In this document: positions 20,752 to 32,700 of the stretch, one piece after another
How positions within the stretch are numbered: the stretch's first letter is position 1
How the letters are laid out: each line of letters begins with the position of its first letter
Source: a virus
Taxonomy: Duplodnaviria > Caudoviricetes
Strand: one strand, 5' to 3'
DNA length: 52,236 bases
Virus record (IMG/VR): IMGVR_UViG_3300006921_000023
Coordinates: 1-52,236 of that record
The notes under the pieces: model-generated
What the model was told of the DNA's origin: nothing
Seen by the model: only the letters and a program-made list of their open reading frames with translations
The model's database searches: none
Translations under genes and position numbers: made by a program

Positions 20752-21879
20752 CTATGTAATAACTATGGTTCCGTTTTGCAAAACAGTCTTTTTTGTAGGA
20801 TACAGTGGATTAACTTTTCCATTTAGAATAGATGGATAATATGCTCTATATGAATAACTAACATCTACACTGGAGCTAGCAATTGATTGCGATGTTATAT
20901 TTTGTTCCCATTTAGCCGTGTATGTTATTGTGGTAGGTTTATTAAGTTTGATTGAAAACAATGATTCTGTCGTAGCTGTGGATGTTTGTAAAATTTCTCC
21001 ATCCTTCTGGATTTCATTATTTGCTGATATCAGTGATCCGCTACTTAAAGATCCAGTCGTAGTATTATACAACGTATAACTTGATCCGTATTGTGGGACA
21101 CCTAAGTCTATCTGTGCTACATACGATTCTTGTGATTGGGATAGACTTGCAGTTGGCGGTGGACCATAAGATGTGTGAAATGTAAACTTTCCTCTGAATG
21201 GGTTTGGTTTCGGCATTAACTTTGCAACTACTGCTGAGGCTGATACTGTTTTGTCTATCGGTTGTAATTCTGATTCAAAGTTGGTGTCGGCCATCGATCT
21301 GAACATAGATCCAGAAGCTCTTTTTCTAGTTCGAGTCATTAGAAACGCTTGAGAAAATCCTACTTTAGCTACTGCTATGGTTTTGTCTAGATGGTCTGAT
21401 ATTCCCTTATAAAAGCTCTGTCTTTTGAATAAATGTGGTAATATATCACTCTGATTTGCCGATCCAGTATCTCGTTTATATTTATTTAATTCTTCTAAAT
21501 TTTCGTCAGATACTCCCTCGTAAGCTGCGTGGTGTTCTTCCATATCTTTTCCACGAACGTATGGTGTTACTTGTCTTATACCATCTACGATTCCCGCACC
21601 ATCTTCTCCTAACTTGATATCAGCTTCTTCTAAGGATTCAGACTTAATAGTATCAATGCCATACTTAGAATCGTCTTTGTATTCTTCTTTTATTTCTTTA
21701 TCCTGGTGTTTGGGATCTTTAAGGCTGTCATAATATTTACTTACAGCTTCATATACTTGCGGAAATATATAGGATGGAATCTTCTGTATTGCCTCTAATT
21801 GATCTATGGAGTTCGGTGCAAGGTGGATTATTATGTCTACCCAATAATCGATTTCACCTTGAGATCCTATATCAGCCAT
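20752..21879 (-). CDS. Hypothetical protein, probably virion-associated (375 aa)
   Basis: Long ORF abutting its neighbours. The C-terminal half has the S/T-rich composition of the adjacent structural proteins. Confidence 0.5.
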   Translation of the reverse strand: MADIGSQGEIDYWVDIIIHLAPNSIDQLEAIQKIPSYIFPQVYEAVSKYYDSLKDPKHQDKEIKEEYKDDSKYGIDTIKSESLEEADIKLGEDGAGIVDGIRQVTPYVRGKDMEEHHAAYEGVSDENLEELNKYKRDTGSANQSDILPHLFKRQSFYKGISDHLDKTIAVAKVGFSQAFLMTRTRKRASGSMFRSMADTNFESELQPIDKTVSASAVVAKLMPKPNPFRGKFTFHTSYGPPPTASLSQSQESYVAQIDLGVPQYGSSYTLYNTTTGSLSSGSLISANNEIQKDGEILQTSTATTESLFSIKLNKPTTITYTAKWEQNITSQSIASSSVDVSYSYRAYYPSILNGKVNPLYPTKKTVLQNGTIVIT

Positions 21880-23780
21880 TATAATTTATCCATTCGCACT
21901 ATAAACGTTAAATCACTTCCTTGAGGTTTTTTTAATGGTTGTGCTAATTTAGCTATTGCTAGAAGTTCTAATTGGTTGTTATATAATCCTAATGTAGATA
22001 TGTATGGTGAGAAGCTTGAACCCGTTGCGAAATCTTTCATATCAATCTCGTCCGGATCTTCATTCCTTCTTAGGGTGATGTTTTCAGATGCATCAAATTC
22101 ATGAGACTTAACATTTAATGTATATTCTAATTCAGTTAATTGCGTCGATCCATTAAATGCGATTTCTGCGTTGAGATCGTTCATTACATCTTGATATTTT
22201 GCATTTGGATGAGTTATACATGCAAAGCCGTGTCTATAGAACATATTACCAACCTCATTAGTATTATTACTTTCACTCAAAAAAGCAATCTCATTATGGG
22301 TTAGACATTTGTTAAATATTCGAACTTCATCCATCGAACCTGAGAATGGTTGTACTATATTCTTAGGAGAGCTGTTTCCAAACCCACCTTGCTTTGACCA
22401 ATGCCATTTAGTTGAATAAGTTGGTCCATTTCTCTGTAAAGGATCATTTTTTTCTTTTGATGAAGCTGTTACGTATCCTTGAAGAGCTCCTCCGATAACA
22501 GTAGGGACTTTTTGTCTACAATGTCCTTGTGCGCCATCACTTGCAGATGTTTGTTTTATTCCATCTACCCAAAACTCATTACTACCAGTTTGATATTGAT
22601 ATACAATGTGGTGCCACTGTCCATCATTAAGCTGAGCTGATGATGTTAGTTGTGGAGTGCTATCATGTTCACATTGATTTGATTTTCCTCGCTTAAGGAC
22701 TAATTTACCTACATCACCTGAGTCATCAGTATCTACATCACCCCTTCTTTGATTGTAGGTTTCTATCATAAAAGGACTTCTTCGATATTGAGTCATTCCC
22801 TGCCTAGCTATCAATACATTAGTCTCATGATCAAATGTTGTAGAAGCATTAGTTGCTTCTGGAGCTACATTTGATTGTTCTCCTTCGAATCCATAATAAC
22901 TCTGAGTAACTGATTGGGAAGGTGGAATGTTGATCCAAAATGCTACTGCGAAATCGTCGCCGTTTGCAAATTTGAATTTATCCCATCCATCGTGTCTATT
23001 AGAAACTATTATATTTCCAGCTCCTCCTCTATATGGATTTTGTCCATTAACTGGATTTGTTGTTCCACCTAATCCTGTAAATACTGCATGTGTTCCGAAA
23101 GATCCATCGCGTTCCTCAAACCGCATATTGTATGCATATGCTCTTTGTCTCACTACACTTGTATCATCTAATTGAAACTCTGTTATATAATCACGTCTAG
23201 ATCCAGAGATCTTTAATTGATATTCTTTTCTATACCGTCCTTCTGAATTATCCATCAGTCCTGTGAATTCATGACACTCATTAAATGATAGTCTAAAAAG
23301 TTCTGATGCACTTGGAATCATATATGTAGTAGCTAGTCCACCATCGATTAAATTACCTTGTTTATCATCTACTATAGTTACACCATCTTTACCTACTATC
23401 TGGAACGTTCCTGGAGCTATCAATTCCCCATATCTCTCTTGGGATATTGATATTACAGTTGATTTTCTATCTAAGATACGATCTTGATTCTGAGGATGAG
23501 ATCCACCTGGTTGTATTGTTTCTCCAGGATGGTTTGTGTAGTTTCTATAGAACATCGTGTTTATAGAATGATGTACTTGATTTCTATAAAGTCCTTTTGT
23601 AGTTGTTGGATCGGATGATCCTGTGGTCCATGATATCATGGATCCGGTTTGGTATTCTGCTAAATATGTTTCTACTCCAAGACTTGCAGAGTTTGCGCGT
23701 GTTACCCCATACCCTTTATGTATCTTGAATTTAGTACGCGATTGCTCGCCTATCTGTAAAGACTTTACTGTTAGACCCAT
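21879..23780 (-). CDS. Baseplate / tail-collar-like structural protein with LamG (ConA-like) domain
   Basis: FAVAFWI, LNDGQWHHIV, FWVDG, FSGSMDEVRIFN. The C-terminus YISTLGLYN...LLAIAKLAQPLKK is paralogous to that of the neighbouring gene. Confidence 0.7.
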   Translation of the reverse strand: MGLTVKSLQIGEQSRTKFKIHKGYGVTRANSASLGVETYLAEYQTGSMISWTTGSSDPTTTKGLYRNQVHHSINTMFYRNYTNHPGETIQPGGSHPQNQDRILDRKSTVISISQERYGELIAPGTFQIVGKDGVTIVDDKQGNLIDGGLATTYMIPSASELFRLSFNECHEFTGLMDNSEGRYRKEYQLKISGSRRDYITEFQLDDTSVVRQRAYAYNMRFEERDGSFGTHAVFTGLGGTTNPVNGQNPYRGGAGNIIVSNRHDGWDKFKFANGDDFAVAFWINIPPSQSVTQSYYGFEGEQSNVAPEATNASTTFDHETNVLIARQGMTQYRRSPFMIETYNQRRGDVDTDDSGDVGKLVLKRGKSNQCEHDSTPQLTSSAQLNDGQWHHIVYQYQTGSNEFWVDGIKQTSASDGAQGHCRQKVPTVIGGALQGYVTASSKEKNDPLQRNGPTYSTKWHWSKQGGFGNSSPKNIVQPFSGSMDEVRIFNKCLTHNEIAFLSESNNTNEVGNMFYRHGFACITHPNAKYQDVMNDLNAEIAFNGSTQLTELEYTLNVKSHEFDASENITLRRNEDPDEIDMKDFATGSSFSPYISTLGLYNNQLELLAIAKLAQPLKKPQGSDLTFIVRMDKL

Positions 23781-23810
23781 ATTTTATCATTCCAATGTTC
23801 CCGAATACTA

Positions 23811-24830
23811 CTAGTATTCAAGTTTAACTTTAATTAACGCTTCGCGACTGAATGATTTTAATAATGGTTTGCTTAATTTTGCAATTGCAAGACAATTGTC
23901 ATTATCGTCATACATTCCAACAGTTGTTATGTATGTGTTTGGATTATTCTTAAAGTCCGCGTATCTTAAAGTTGCATCAGAACCAGTTACGAATGTTGGG
24001 TTATCTGAGTAATTATATGCTTGGTTTTTTACTCTAACAAAATAGTGTGTAGATTTTACTTCTTCTTTATTTCTAGCTGTAAATGTTGGAGTTGCTCCAG
24101 CTGCCGATCCTGTTATTGCTTTTAGGAATTTTCCTACATTATCATTGAATGTGTTTGATCCTACAACTCTTGCATATGTTGATTTAGCAGCTACGTCAGT
24201 TGGATCTAGGATAATTACACCTTGATCAACATAAACTTTTCCAAAAATATCACCTGCAGCTGTTCCAATTGGACCGTTTGTTATTGATCCTGATACTACA
24301 TCATATACTCTACCAGCTTCGTTGATTGTCGATGTCGCTGAATCACTTGAATCCACTAGGTGTAATATGTCACTATCATTGTCACCGTTACTGTCTAGGT
24401 TTAATTGCCAGTTTCCTGGATCTAGTTGTTCTTTGAATCTTGCTCTGTTAATATTGATAACAAGAATATCATCTATTTCAGTTCCACCTACTGTAAATTT
24501 ATTAGTTCCGTCAGCTAAAAGCATATTTGCATATTGACCGTAAATAGCTCTTGTAGGAGATACACCTGGTTTAGAGGTATTATCATAATCAACGGATCCA
24601 CTACCCGCGTAATGTCCGTATGCTATAGAAAATTGTGATGTTGCAGTTGCTCCTGTGCCATTGTATATGTCTAAGTAAGAATTTACGTTTGCGCTTCCAC
24701 TTTGAGTTGAAGATGTATAAAAAGCTGTTAGAGTTGCTGTGTTGTCAGACCATATCGGAGCTGTTTGTATTTCCGATACCTCCGTTACTACATCATCAGC
24801 TGTATCAAAGTTTGTATAAATATAAGCCAT
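23811..24830 (-). CDS. Virion structural protein (baseplate / tail-collar-like)
   Basis: C-terminus YITTVGMYD..NCLAIAKLSKPLLKS; AGGAG RBS; context. Confidence 0.6.
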   Translation of the reverse strand: MAYIYTNFDTADDVVTEVSEIQTAPIWSDNTATLTAFYTSSTQSGSANVNSYLDIYNGTGATATSQFSIAYGHYAGSGSVDYDNTSKPGVSPTRAIYGQYANMLLADGTNKFTVGGTEIDDILVININRARFKEQLDPGNWQLNLDSNGDNDSDILHLVDSSDSATSTINEAGRVYDVVSGSITNGPIGTAAGDIFGKVYVDQGVIILDPTDVAAKSTYARVVGSNTFNDNVGKFLKAITGSAAGATPTFTARNKEEVKSTHYFVRVKNQAYNYSDNPTFVTGSDATLRYADFKNNPNTYITTVGMYDDNDNCLAIAKLSKPLLKSFSREALIKVKLEY

Positions 24831-24843
24831 GTTTTAATTCTCC

Positions 24844-25476
24844 TTATGAAGCGAACGTATCGTTATTGATAACATCTTTTGCTACATTGAACGTTAAAGT
24901 TAAGTGACCACCAGAAGCTCTTCCAGTAATAGTCACTGTGGTTGATTTTGCTTCTACTGTTTGTGGAAGTGCTTGGAATTGCATTGATTTAGCAACTCTT
25001 ACATTTCCAGAACCTACCGATGTTCCAGCTACTGGAGTCCAGTTTAGCGGTTGAACTACGTCAGTGTCTCCTATTACGAAAGTAAATCCTTGAGATAAAT
25101 CTAAACTTTGGAAATTGGTTACGGTTGGAGCAATCATCGGTGATGTTGGATTAAGATTACTTAGATCGAATGTTGTCGAACCTCCAACTCCAAGCTTTGG
25201 AAGCTTCAAATTACCTTTCGGTAATGTAATCAATTTATGTCTTAATACGTAATTTTGATCCGGCACCGCCTCTACTACAGGCATCGCCTCAATAGCCTCT
25301 CCATATTTTGCAGTTCCTTCTGTATGTGCTGGCATGTATAAGTTATAATCTACTTCATCATCAGATAAAGCGAATTTTGTAATTTCAAATGCATTACCGC
25401 CTTGTGCTAGTAATTCTCTACCCTTTTTAGTTAGAATTGCATCTACCGTTACTGTTGTGTTGTCTAAATATCCCAT
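24844..25476 (-). CDS. Virion structural protein (tail-collar/fibre attachment-like N-terminus)
   Basis: AILTKKGRELLAQG...ITKFALSDDEVDY; AAGGAG RBS; upstream ATATTTAT motif. Confidence 0.6.
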   Translation of the reverse strand: MGYLDNTTVTVDAILTKKGRELLAQGGNAFEITKFALSDDEVDYNLYMPAHTEGTAKYGEAIEAMPVVEAVPDQNYVLRHKLITLPKGNLKLPKLGVGGSTTFDLSNLNPTSPMIAPTVTNFQSLDLSQGFTFVIGDTDVVQPLNWTPVAGTSVGSGNVRVAKSMQFQALPQTVEAKSTTVTITGRASGGHLTLTFNVAKDVINNDTFAS

Positions 25477-25503
25477 GGATTTTTCTCCTTTGTTTACTCT
25501 AAT

Positions 25504-25511
25504 ATAAATAT
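25504..25511 (-). promoter_or_regulatory. Putative late promoter motif ATATTTAT
   Basis: CATATTTATATT, intergenic, ~28 nt upstream of ATG 25476. Confidence 0.6.
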
Positions 25512-25553
25512 GTCGTTGTATAGAAAAACTTATATATATACACTCCTATGTTA

Positions 25554-28500
25554 TTATGCATAGCTATTATTATTACTCGGTGCTGCTATATTTGCTGATG
25601 TTGCTTGTATTGCTGATTGATTGACTTGATTTTTTACTGCTACACTATCAGCTTTTAACAAACTTACCACATTACCGAATTTATCTAATGCCTGCCCCTT
25701 TCCTGGGAATTTTTTAATTCCAGGTACTGTTAATGATCCACCATAAACGCTTGGAGATGTTACTATCAATTGATTTGGATTAGAATCGAACAACTCGATT
25801 ACTGGCGTACCATCTGCAGTTTGTGGTGAGTCTTGATTATATCCACCTGCAGACAATTTAGATCCGCCATATCTAGCATTAAAGAATCCTGCAGGTTCTG
25901 TATCTTGTCTTTCGGCTGGAGTTGTTGGTACATCACCTATCACTGGGTATATGTGCGCTTTTCCTCGCTGGCGATCGAATGCACCGTTTTTTACCGATCC
26001 TTTATCAACATTCCATACAGCAGCTTTTGTTTCACTTAATCCATATCCTAGAGTTCCTTGCATTATTCCCCTATCAGAATCCCACGAAGCTGAGAATGAT
26101 GAGCTATATTTGAATACTCTAGTTTCCCATATTGATGATAGACGCGATCCAGTTATCACTGTGTTGAATGGATTACTTGTATGTGTATATGATCCGACTG
26201 TATATGTTCCATCTGCGTTTTTATTTCTGTAATGTTGTGACCATCTATATCTTGACCCGTTATACGAACCGGTTAGATGTCCTATAGCGATTCCGTCTGA
26301 TAAATCTCCGAAGGATGCTGAATTTGCTGAATCTGCTTTTAACTCAAACCAGTTTTCACCACCCGCACATAGTAGACTTGCTGAGTATTCCGACTGATAG
26401 TCAGCTGACATCGATAACGGGAATGTATTTATATCTGGCCTTACATCTAGTACTCCATCATAATGGTGAGCTGATTGAGTCATCTCTGGGAGTCGTTGAA
26501 TTTTATTTCGTTCTAATATATGTGGTTCTACTAACAGCCCTACATATGAGTTTGCTCTTGCAGGTATCATTTTTTTGACCATTTGGAACATACTGACATC
26601 ATAGTAAGTTAACATTCTAGCAAAGTCAGCCATATCTGGTTTATCATATAATTTATTAAAGTAGAAGTTGGATAATTGTTCTAAATCTGGATATCCTGGA
26701 TCACTCTGATGTTTCGGATCGCCTATAAAATCATCTACCCTCATACCTCCAAACTGATATGCAATGTCTCTATTGATCTGATGTTGTAACGAAAGATGTA
26801 CTCCAATATTATGTGTATCTATCGGATGTCTATCATACTCGCTAACCTCCGCTCTTTCAAATGGATTCAATTGTTTTGTTAATCCTGCTTCTTCTACTCG
26901 TAATTTAGTTGATGATATTCCATTAGAAGGATATGACGGTAATGTAGTATAATATGTTTCAGTCATCGGTTCAAAATGTGTACCATTACTTCCTGTTGTC
27001 GCATCTGAGAATGCACTTGCCGTTAAGTGTAGTGCATAAGTTCCTCCAGTCCAATCTAAATCTTGGTTTGGGTGGCTGGAGGATATTATTGTTGGTGAAG
27101 TGTATGTTCCTAACGATCCAGATAGATTTGATTTCTGGAATTCAGTTCCTAATGGGAATCTTGCATAAAGGTGATCATAAGAAGATGAGAAATTATTACC
27201 TACATATGATCTAGGTGATAATGTATGTACTTCTAATACATCTTCTGTGAGTTTTTCTTCACCACCCCAAATTCTAATTTCTTGCATTGATCCACTAAAT
27301 TGCTTTACCGTTCCAGCAGTTGTTGCAACACCTGTGGAATCGTATTTAGTAGCTTGTGATAGAGCTGCCCATCCTCCAAAGCTCCAATAATTAGTAGTGC
27401 CGAAGGTTCTCCATGCAGCGTTGAAACTTGCTGAATAAGATCCAGTGTGGTTGTTAAGAGTTGCAGAACCCGAATGTGTTATTTTTCCATTGGAATGGTC
27501 TTTTGCTGATTTGACAGTCAGATGCCATCTCTGGTCTGTTGTGGTGTTATCACTAGTTCCGTTTAATGATGCCGTTACTTCAGTTTGTAGTGTTACATTC
27601 CACCAATCTCCGTTATACAAAGGAAGATATTCAGTCGATGCTGATATGACAGAAGCTGCGTGATCTGGAATACTTGATCCGGTCATTAAGAATGTTAACC
27701 TACCATATATTCCTTTTTCCGTTCTTGGAGTTTGAGCTATTAGTGGTATGTTGTTGGATGAGAAGTTAGTATCTGAGGTCTGTGTTATCGATCCTGAGTG
27801 GTGGATATTCACACACCATGTTGTTCCATTCTTTTCCAACAGAACCATATCTTCTTTTTGAGTTGTCTTGAATCTGAATTGGAATGCTTGTGGTGTACGA
27901 GAGTGGGTAGAATTCTTTGCCGCTTTAAGTCTCAACGTTTCACCCCTATCCAATTGAAGTGCGTAGGTTGCTCTTTCCTCTTGCATGAATTGACGCTCGT
28001 TGTCATTTATACCTTTCGGTCCCCCATATTCTCTTACTTGTATTATAGTATCTGGTACACCGTAGCAAGCTAATACCGCTTTTAATCCTCGAGTCGTTCC
28101 TTTAGTTGATAAGAAATATGGAAGATTGTTTATCAATCTACTCCATATAGACTTAGTAACATCCTCTGAGCTCATTTGTGGTAATGATCCAGATTCAAAT
28201 CCTGTGCCTGATGATGCTAGGCTACCAGAAACATCTGTTCCTAACGACCACTTCCACAAGTCTTCAGATCCATTTCCATTTGGCAAATCTATTCCCAACG
28301 ATGTTCCTACATGCCATAATAGATTCTTTGCTATACCACTAGTCAATTCTTCATCACGGCTAGTTACATCTGTTAGTCCTTTTGTATATGTCCACACTAC
28401 ATCATAGTGCTGTCCGATCATATCCGTTAATGTTATTATAGTAGAATTATTTATATCTTCCAAAACGTATTCTGGTAGAGCCTTTGATAACATATCGTCA

Positions 28501-29720
28501 TTCATTCTATCATAATAAGATGCAGATTGTATTGCGCCAGTTAACCATGTCTGAGCCTCTGATGATGTTGTTGCGTATATTTTATGTGGAGCTATTGAGG
28601 TGTTCTTAGGCCATGAATTTGACCACCATTCTCCTAACGATCCTGATATAGCTGATGAAGAGTTGTTGTACATATATTCTTCAAATTTATCAAACGATCC
28701 AATAACATTATCTTGCTTCTCTACGATGTTAGCTCTGTCAGCAACGACTGTTGGCAAAGCTCCTGTGAGTGTGTCTGAGGCAGATATTTCCGTTGCATAT
28801 TTTTCGATTAGCTGGATCTTGTATTTGAAGTTTAGCAATCTTTCTTCATATGATGAGAAATGGATAAATTCTTCTGGCTTTTGGTAGTTTATATTTACCT
28901 CTGTATCTCCATAACTCGAGCTTAGGTAGTTATTTATTATCTTATCCTTTGTACTCTTAACCGTTCCAGTCAAATCATCAATTGTTTTGAATTCTGTGTT
29001 GATCGGTGTTCCGCCTCGTACTTTCATATCAAAATTTGGATGAAGGAATGGATATTGTATACTATCACTTGCAACTTCCCATTGAACCAACGCGATTGTT
29101 GGATCCGTGATGTCCATGTATAGTGGATAAGTACCTCCTTGGAATGTATCCATTGGAGCTGGTGAACCTAACTTTGCTATTAAGTCGCCACCCTCTATCG
29201 TCCAGTTAATCAACGATACGGATCTACCCATACCCACATCAAGTTTATGATTCCCTAATACTTCAGGTAATGCATTTTCACCAAAATTTATATCAGTATT
29301 GTCACTAGATGCAGGGATACCTCCAAACCGTATTTCCGTTCGATCCTGTGCTATTTGTTTTATATAAGCTCCAGAGTCGATCATAGCGATCTGATTTGTT
29401 ACTATACGATATACTCCTTGAGGAAGTCTAATACTGTTCAGCAATTCTTGTAAGTTTATCTGAATACCAGATGTTTTTCGAACATCTGCAATTTTTAGAT
29501 CTGAGTATTCTTGCCAGTATTGAACGTAGTTTGGGTCTGATGCATCGCCGACTCCGTTAGTTTGATTAGTAGTAAACGATTGTACAAAATCACCAGATGC
29601 ATTATACACTAATACATTTAATAAAGTCTCAACAGTCGAGCTTAGCTTGTATAAGCCAGTATTATTACGAACCGTTCCAGTTCCCAATCCCATCAAATCT
29701 TCTGTTCCAAATTCACCCAT
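25554..29720 (-). CDS. Large baseplate wedge-like structural protein (1388 aa) with LamG-like insert
   Basis: NLPYFLSTKGTTRGLKAVLACYG resembles the KGT motif of P2 gpI / gp7-type wedge proteins. Also YNGDWWNV and FSGSMQEIRIW; baseplate context. Confidence 0.6.
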   Translation of the reverse strand: MGEFGTEDLMGLGTGTVRNNTGLYKLSSTVETLLNVLVYNASGDFVQSFTTNQTNGVGDASDPNYVQYWQEYSDLKIADVRKTSGIQINLQELLNSIRLPQGVYRIVTNQIAMIDSGAYIKQIAQDRTEIRFGGIPASSDNTDINFGENALPEVLGNHKLDVGMGRSVSLINWTIEGGDLIAKLGSPAPMDTFQGGTYPLYMDITDPTIALVQWEVASDSIQYPFLHPNFDMKVRGGTPINTEFKTIDDLTGTVKSTKDKIINNYLSSSYGDTEVNINYQKPEEFIHFSSYEERLLNFKYKIQLIEKYATEISASDTLTGALPTVVADRANIVEKQDNVIGSFDKFEEYMYNNSSSAISGSLGEWWSNSWPKNTSIAPHKIYATTSSEAQTWLTGAIQSASYYDRMNDDMLSKALPEYVLEDINNSTIITLTDMIGQHYDVVWTYTKGLTDVTSRDEELTSGIAKNLLWHVGTSLGIDLPNGNGSEDLWKWSLGTDVSGSLASSGTGFESGSLPQMSSEDVTKSIWSRLINNLPYFLSTKGTTRGLKAVLACYGVPDTIIQVREYGGPKGINDNERQFMQEERATYALQLDRGETLRLKAAKNSTHSRTPQAFQFRFKTTQKEDMVLLEKNGTTWCVNIHHSGSITQTSDTNFSSNNIPLIAQTPRTEKGIYGRLTFLMTGSSIPDHAASVISASTEYLPLYNGDWWNVTLQTEVTASLNGTSDNTTTDQRWHLTVKSAKDHSNGKITHSGSATLNNHTGSYSASFNAAWRTFGTTNYWSFGGWAALSQATKYDSTGVATTAGTVKQFSGSMQEIRIWGGEEKLTEDVLEVHTLSPRSYVGNNFSSSYDHLYARFPLGTEFQKSNLSGSLGTYTSPTIISSSHPNQDLDWTGGTYALHLTASAFSDATTGSNGTHFEPMTETYYTTLPSYPSNGISSTKLRVEEAGLTKQLNPFERAEVSEYDRHPIDTHNIGVHLSLQHQINRDIAYQFGGMRVDDFIGDPKHQSDPGYPDLEQLSNFYFNKLYDKPDMADFARMLTYYDVSMFQMVKKMIPARANSYVGLLVEPHILERNKIQRLPEMTQSAHHYDGVLDVRPDINTFPLSMSADYQSEYSASLLCAGGENWFELKADSANSASFGDLSDGIAIGHLTGSYNGSRYRWSQHYRNKNADGTYTVGSYTHTSNPFNTVITGSRLSSIWETRVFKYSSSFSASWDSDRGIMQGTLGYGLSETKAAVWNVDKGSVKNGAFDRQRGKAHIYPVIGDVPTTPAERQDTEPAGFFNARYGGSKLSAGGYNQDSPQTADGTPVIELFDSNPNQLIVTSPSVYGGSLTVPGIKKFPGKGQALDKFGNVVSLLKADSVAVKNQVNQSAIQATSANIAAPSNNNSYA

Positions 29721-29732
29721 TCTTATCTACCT

Positions 29733-32700
29733 CTAATCATCTTGAGTTGCTGTATTTGTTTGATCATATCCATATTCATCACCTTGAGTGTCAACCCAAT
29801 CTAATGCTTCTTGGAGTTGTTCATTCAAATATTTTATTCGCAGCGTCAATAAATATCTTCTTGCAAAAGCCATCGCATATGTTCTCAGTAATTTATCAGT
29901 TCTCGCTGATGAATTTGCACTTGTGTTTCCTAAATTATTATTTTTGTTTATCGAAAACGATGTAAGTCCGTCTTCATTATCATACTTTGTTAAGCACTTA
30001 GTTGGATTCGCTCCTTGGTATCTAAATGGAGCATCTTGTGGCATGCCATCCGTTGCTCCTGATAATACTGACCCTTTGTAGAATTCTGGCACACTTAATC
30101 CTTTGTGGTTTTCAAAATGGGATGATCCTAACTCTGCAAATGTATCTCCATTACGAGCATGTCCTTCTGTATCTAGTTCTAAGGTATCCTGCATTTGCTT
30201 GTAGTGAGAATAATATCCATGCCATGTATTTTGTCTATCCGCTTCATTATATCCAAAGTTCCCAGTCACTTCTCCTTCAAACGGAGCTGATCTCATTGAT
30301 ATATCTTCATGAAAAATAATTGGCTTTCTAGTACATTCAAAGAAATTCTTCAATCCTGGAATTTCATCTATCTTTTCTACCATCTCATCAAGAGTGAAAT
30401 CCATCACAGTATATCGATTCATATCGTACATAATGTCTCTGTGCTTGTACCATTTTGTTCCAGATCTTAATGGCCAAACTATTTTAGCTACACCATCATC
30501 TATAGGTCGATATATAGCACTATTACCACCAGTATATAAACTCACAGGATTATTATCCATAATTTCACAAGGGTAGTGGTATCCTATTTTATAATTTCCT
30601 TGATTGATCATACTATAGGTGAAATTACCTTGCTTCGATTCACTTATATCTTCAAGACGGTCTATGAGATGTGTTTCCTCGTTTGGATCCGGATCCATAG
30701 TTGACCATGTGTCTTCATCATCTGGATTTGGTTTGACCCAACGCTTTACGCCAAGTGAGCATGGTGGAGTGTACATCCTAACAGAATCTTTATAAATCTT
30801 ATGAGAAAAATCTGGATCGTATACACTGTCCCATATTTCTCGTACACTCATTTGGATGGTTTTATCATATATTCTACTTTCTCCAAAATCATCTAATTTT
30901 GACATGAATTCAGCTAGATACGATCTACTTATCCAATGTACGTGGGCGTAGCTTCCTTTATTATACACACACCAATTAGGTCCATCATCGGTTTTAGTCT
31001 TAAATACATTATCCCAAGTTAGCCAATAATTATGCCAATGACAAGTATAGTTATTAAACCCATACGCATTGTAATTATTTGGATAACTAAAGAAACTATG
31101 TAGTCCTTTTCCAGGTCTATAGAATAATGATTTGAATACTCCTGGGACGGTGAAAGAGTCAGATGCCATTGTTCCCGTGTCATACGTTGCTAATGCAAAT
31201 GCTATTAAAACGCGTGTAGGCATTTGATGAGTCCAACAAGATCCATCGTACGTTTCTCCCATGATACATGAAACGAGTGCTTTAGTTTGTGAATACCATC
31301 TTAGCTCTCCTCCTCCTGCATACGAATCTTGATCTGCGTGGTATTTTTCAACTATTTGCTTCCATCTTATCTCCCACCACGGAAGTACTCCTGGATTTTT
31401 TTCTTTCCAGGTGGTTTCTATCATGGATATTATATCATCTCTATGATAAAAATAATTTATCTGCGATAGGAAGTTCATTGCATTTGCTGCTTCATTTGGT
31501 CTGAAGTAAGGTATGCCTTTCCCGATGATGTGGACACTCTTTCTAATAATCGACATAGATGGTGCATTCATTTTATGTAGATAGTCAAACAACATAGAGG
31601 TTCCATTCATATTGTTTATATGACCAGAATTAGGTCTTTTCGATCCAGCTGAAACATTTGTTACTCTTCCTATGTTGGAGTAAACACTTCCGTCCTTTCC
31701 TGGAAACGGTCTTGGCGCGTAAGTGCTCAGAATACGTGCTCGGTGTAGTTCGTGTCGGCACCATTGTGCAAGGTGTACTAATCCTTTATACCTTACACCG
31801 GTTTGTGATGGATGTTTATAAGTTGATGTAATTTTATTTTTTATTTCAATATTTCCCACATCTTCTATAAGATCATTACATCTTCGACGTTCCTTCTCCG
31901 CTTTATATATTTGATCTTCTAACCAATCATCATAGCTTGAATCGATTATATCGTCTGGATTAAATTTTGTTGATGGAAATTTTAATCCATCTTTGTTTAT
32001 GAACAATCTAAGATTGACTGCGTGAATACCACAAAGATACTGTTTCGCAAATGTACCTGTTCTTCTACTAGTCCATTCCCATTCTCTCTGAGCTCTTCTG
32101 AACATCATATGTACTCTAACCCGTCTAGTTCCCGGTGGTATTGATATAGATCTATATCCAATAACCGCCGCATTAGACCGCTGCGTTGGTCTAAAACTAT
32201 CCATTTCAAAATCCTTTACCAGCTCATCGTTAATATCATAGAACTCATATCTAATTTTAGATTCGTCGTGAACATCACGTTTAGTCTCTACATAATCATT
32301 ATCATCCCCATTGAGTTTATAATCGTTTTCAGATCTAAATCCTCCCGAGTAATGACCATCTTTGAACCAGACTTTTGTAGATCTACATTGTGCTAACCAT
32401 GCAAAACATTTTGCTTCAACATCAAATACTCCTTCAATCTTTCTATCTATAATATCTATAGTATCTGGCTCTGTTATGAATACATCCTGATAGGCGGTTG
32501 TTAACACTCCACCTGGATTAGGTTCTATAATAGTGATTTGTTTATTATCTCCTCGGCCGGACATCATTCGATATGCATAATCCTCAGCTGTGAAAAATGC
32601 TAAACCATCTCTTTGCCTATACATAGGATCTATTCTTCCTCCAGCTGGGAATCGTGATCCCGCTCCAAGCCATGATCTATCTCCAGACTTAGCCCAAAAC

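Noticed and set aside
24816-24823. ATATTTAT copy at the start of the 339-aa gene
   Set aside because: It lies inside codons 3-5 (YIY) and is likely a chance match in AT-rich DNA.
25531-25540. (TA)5 microsatellite in an intergenic gap
   Set aside because: Too short to be meaningful in AT-rich sequence.
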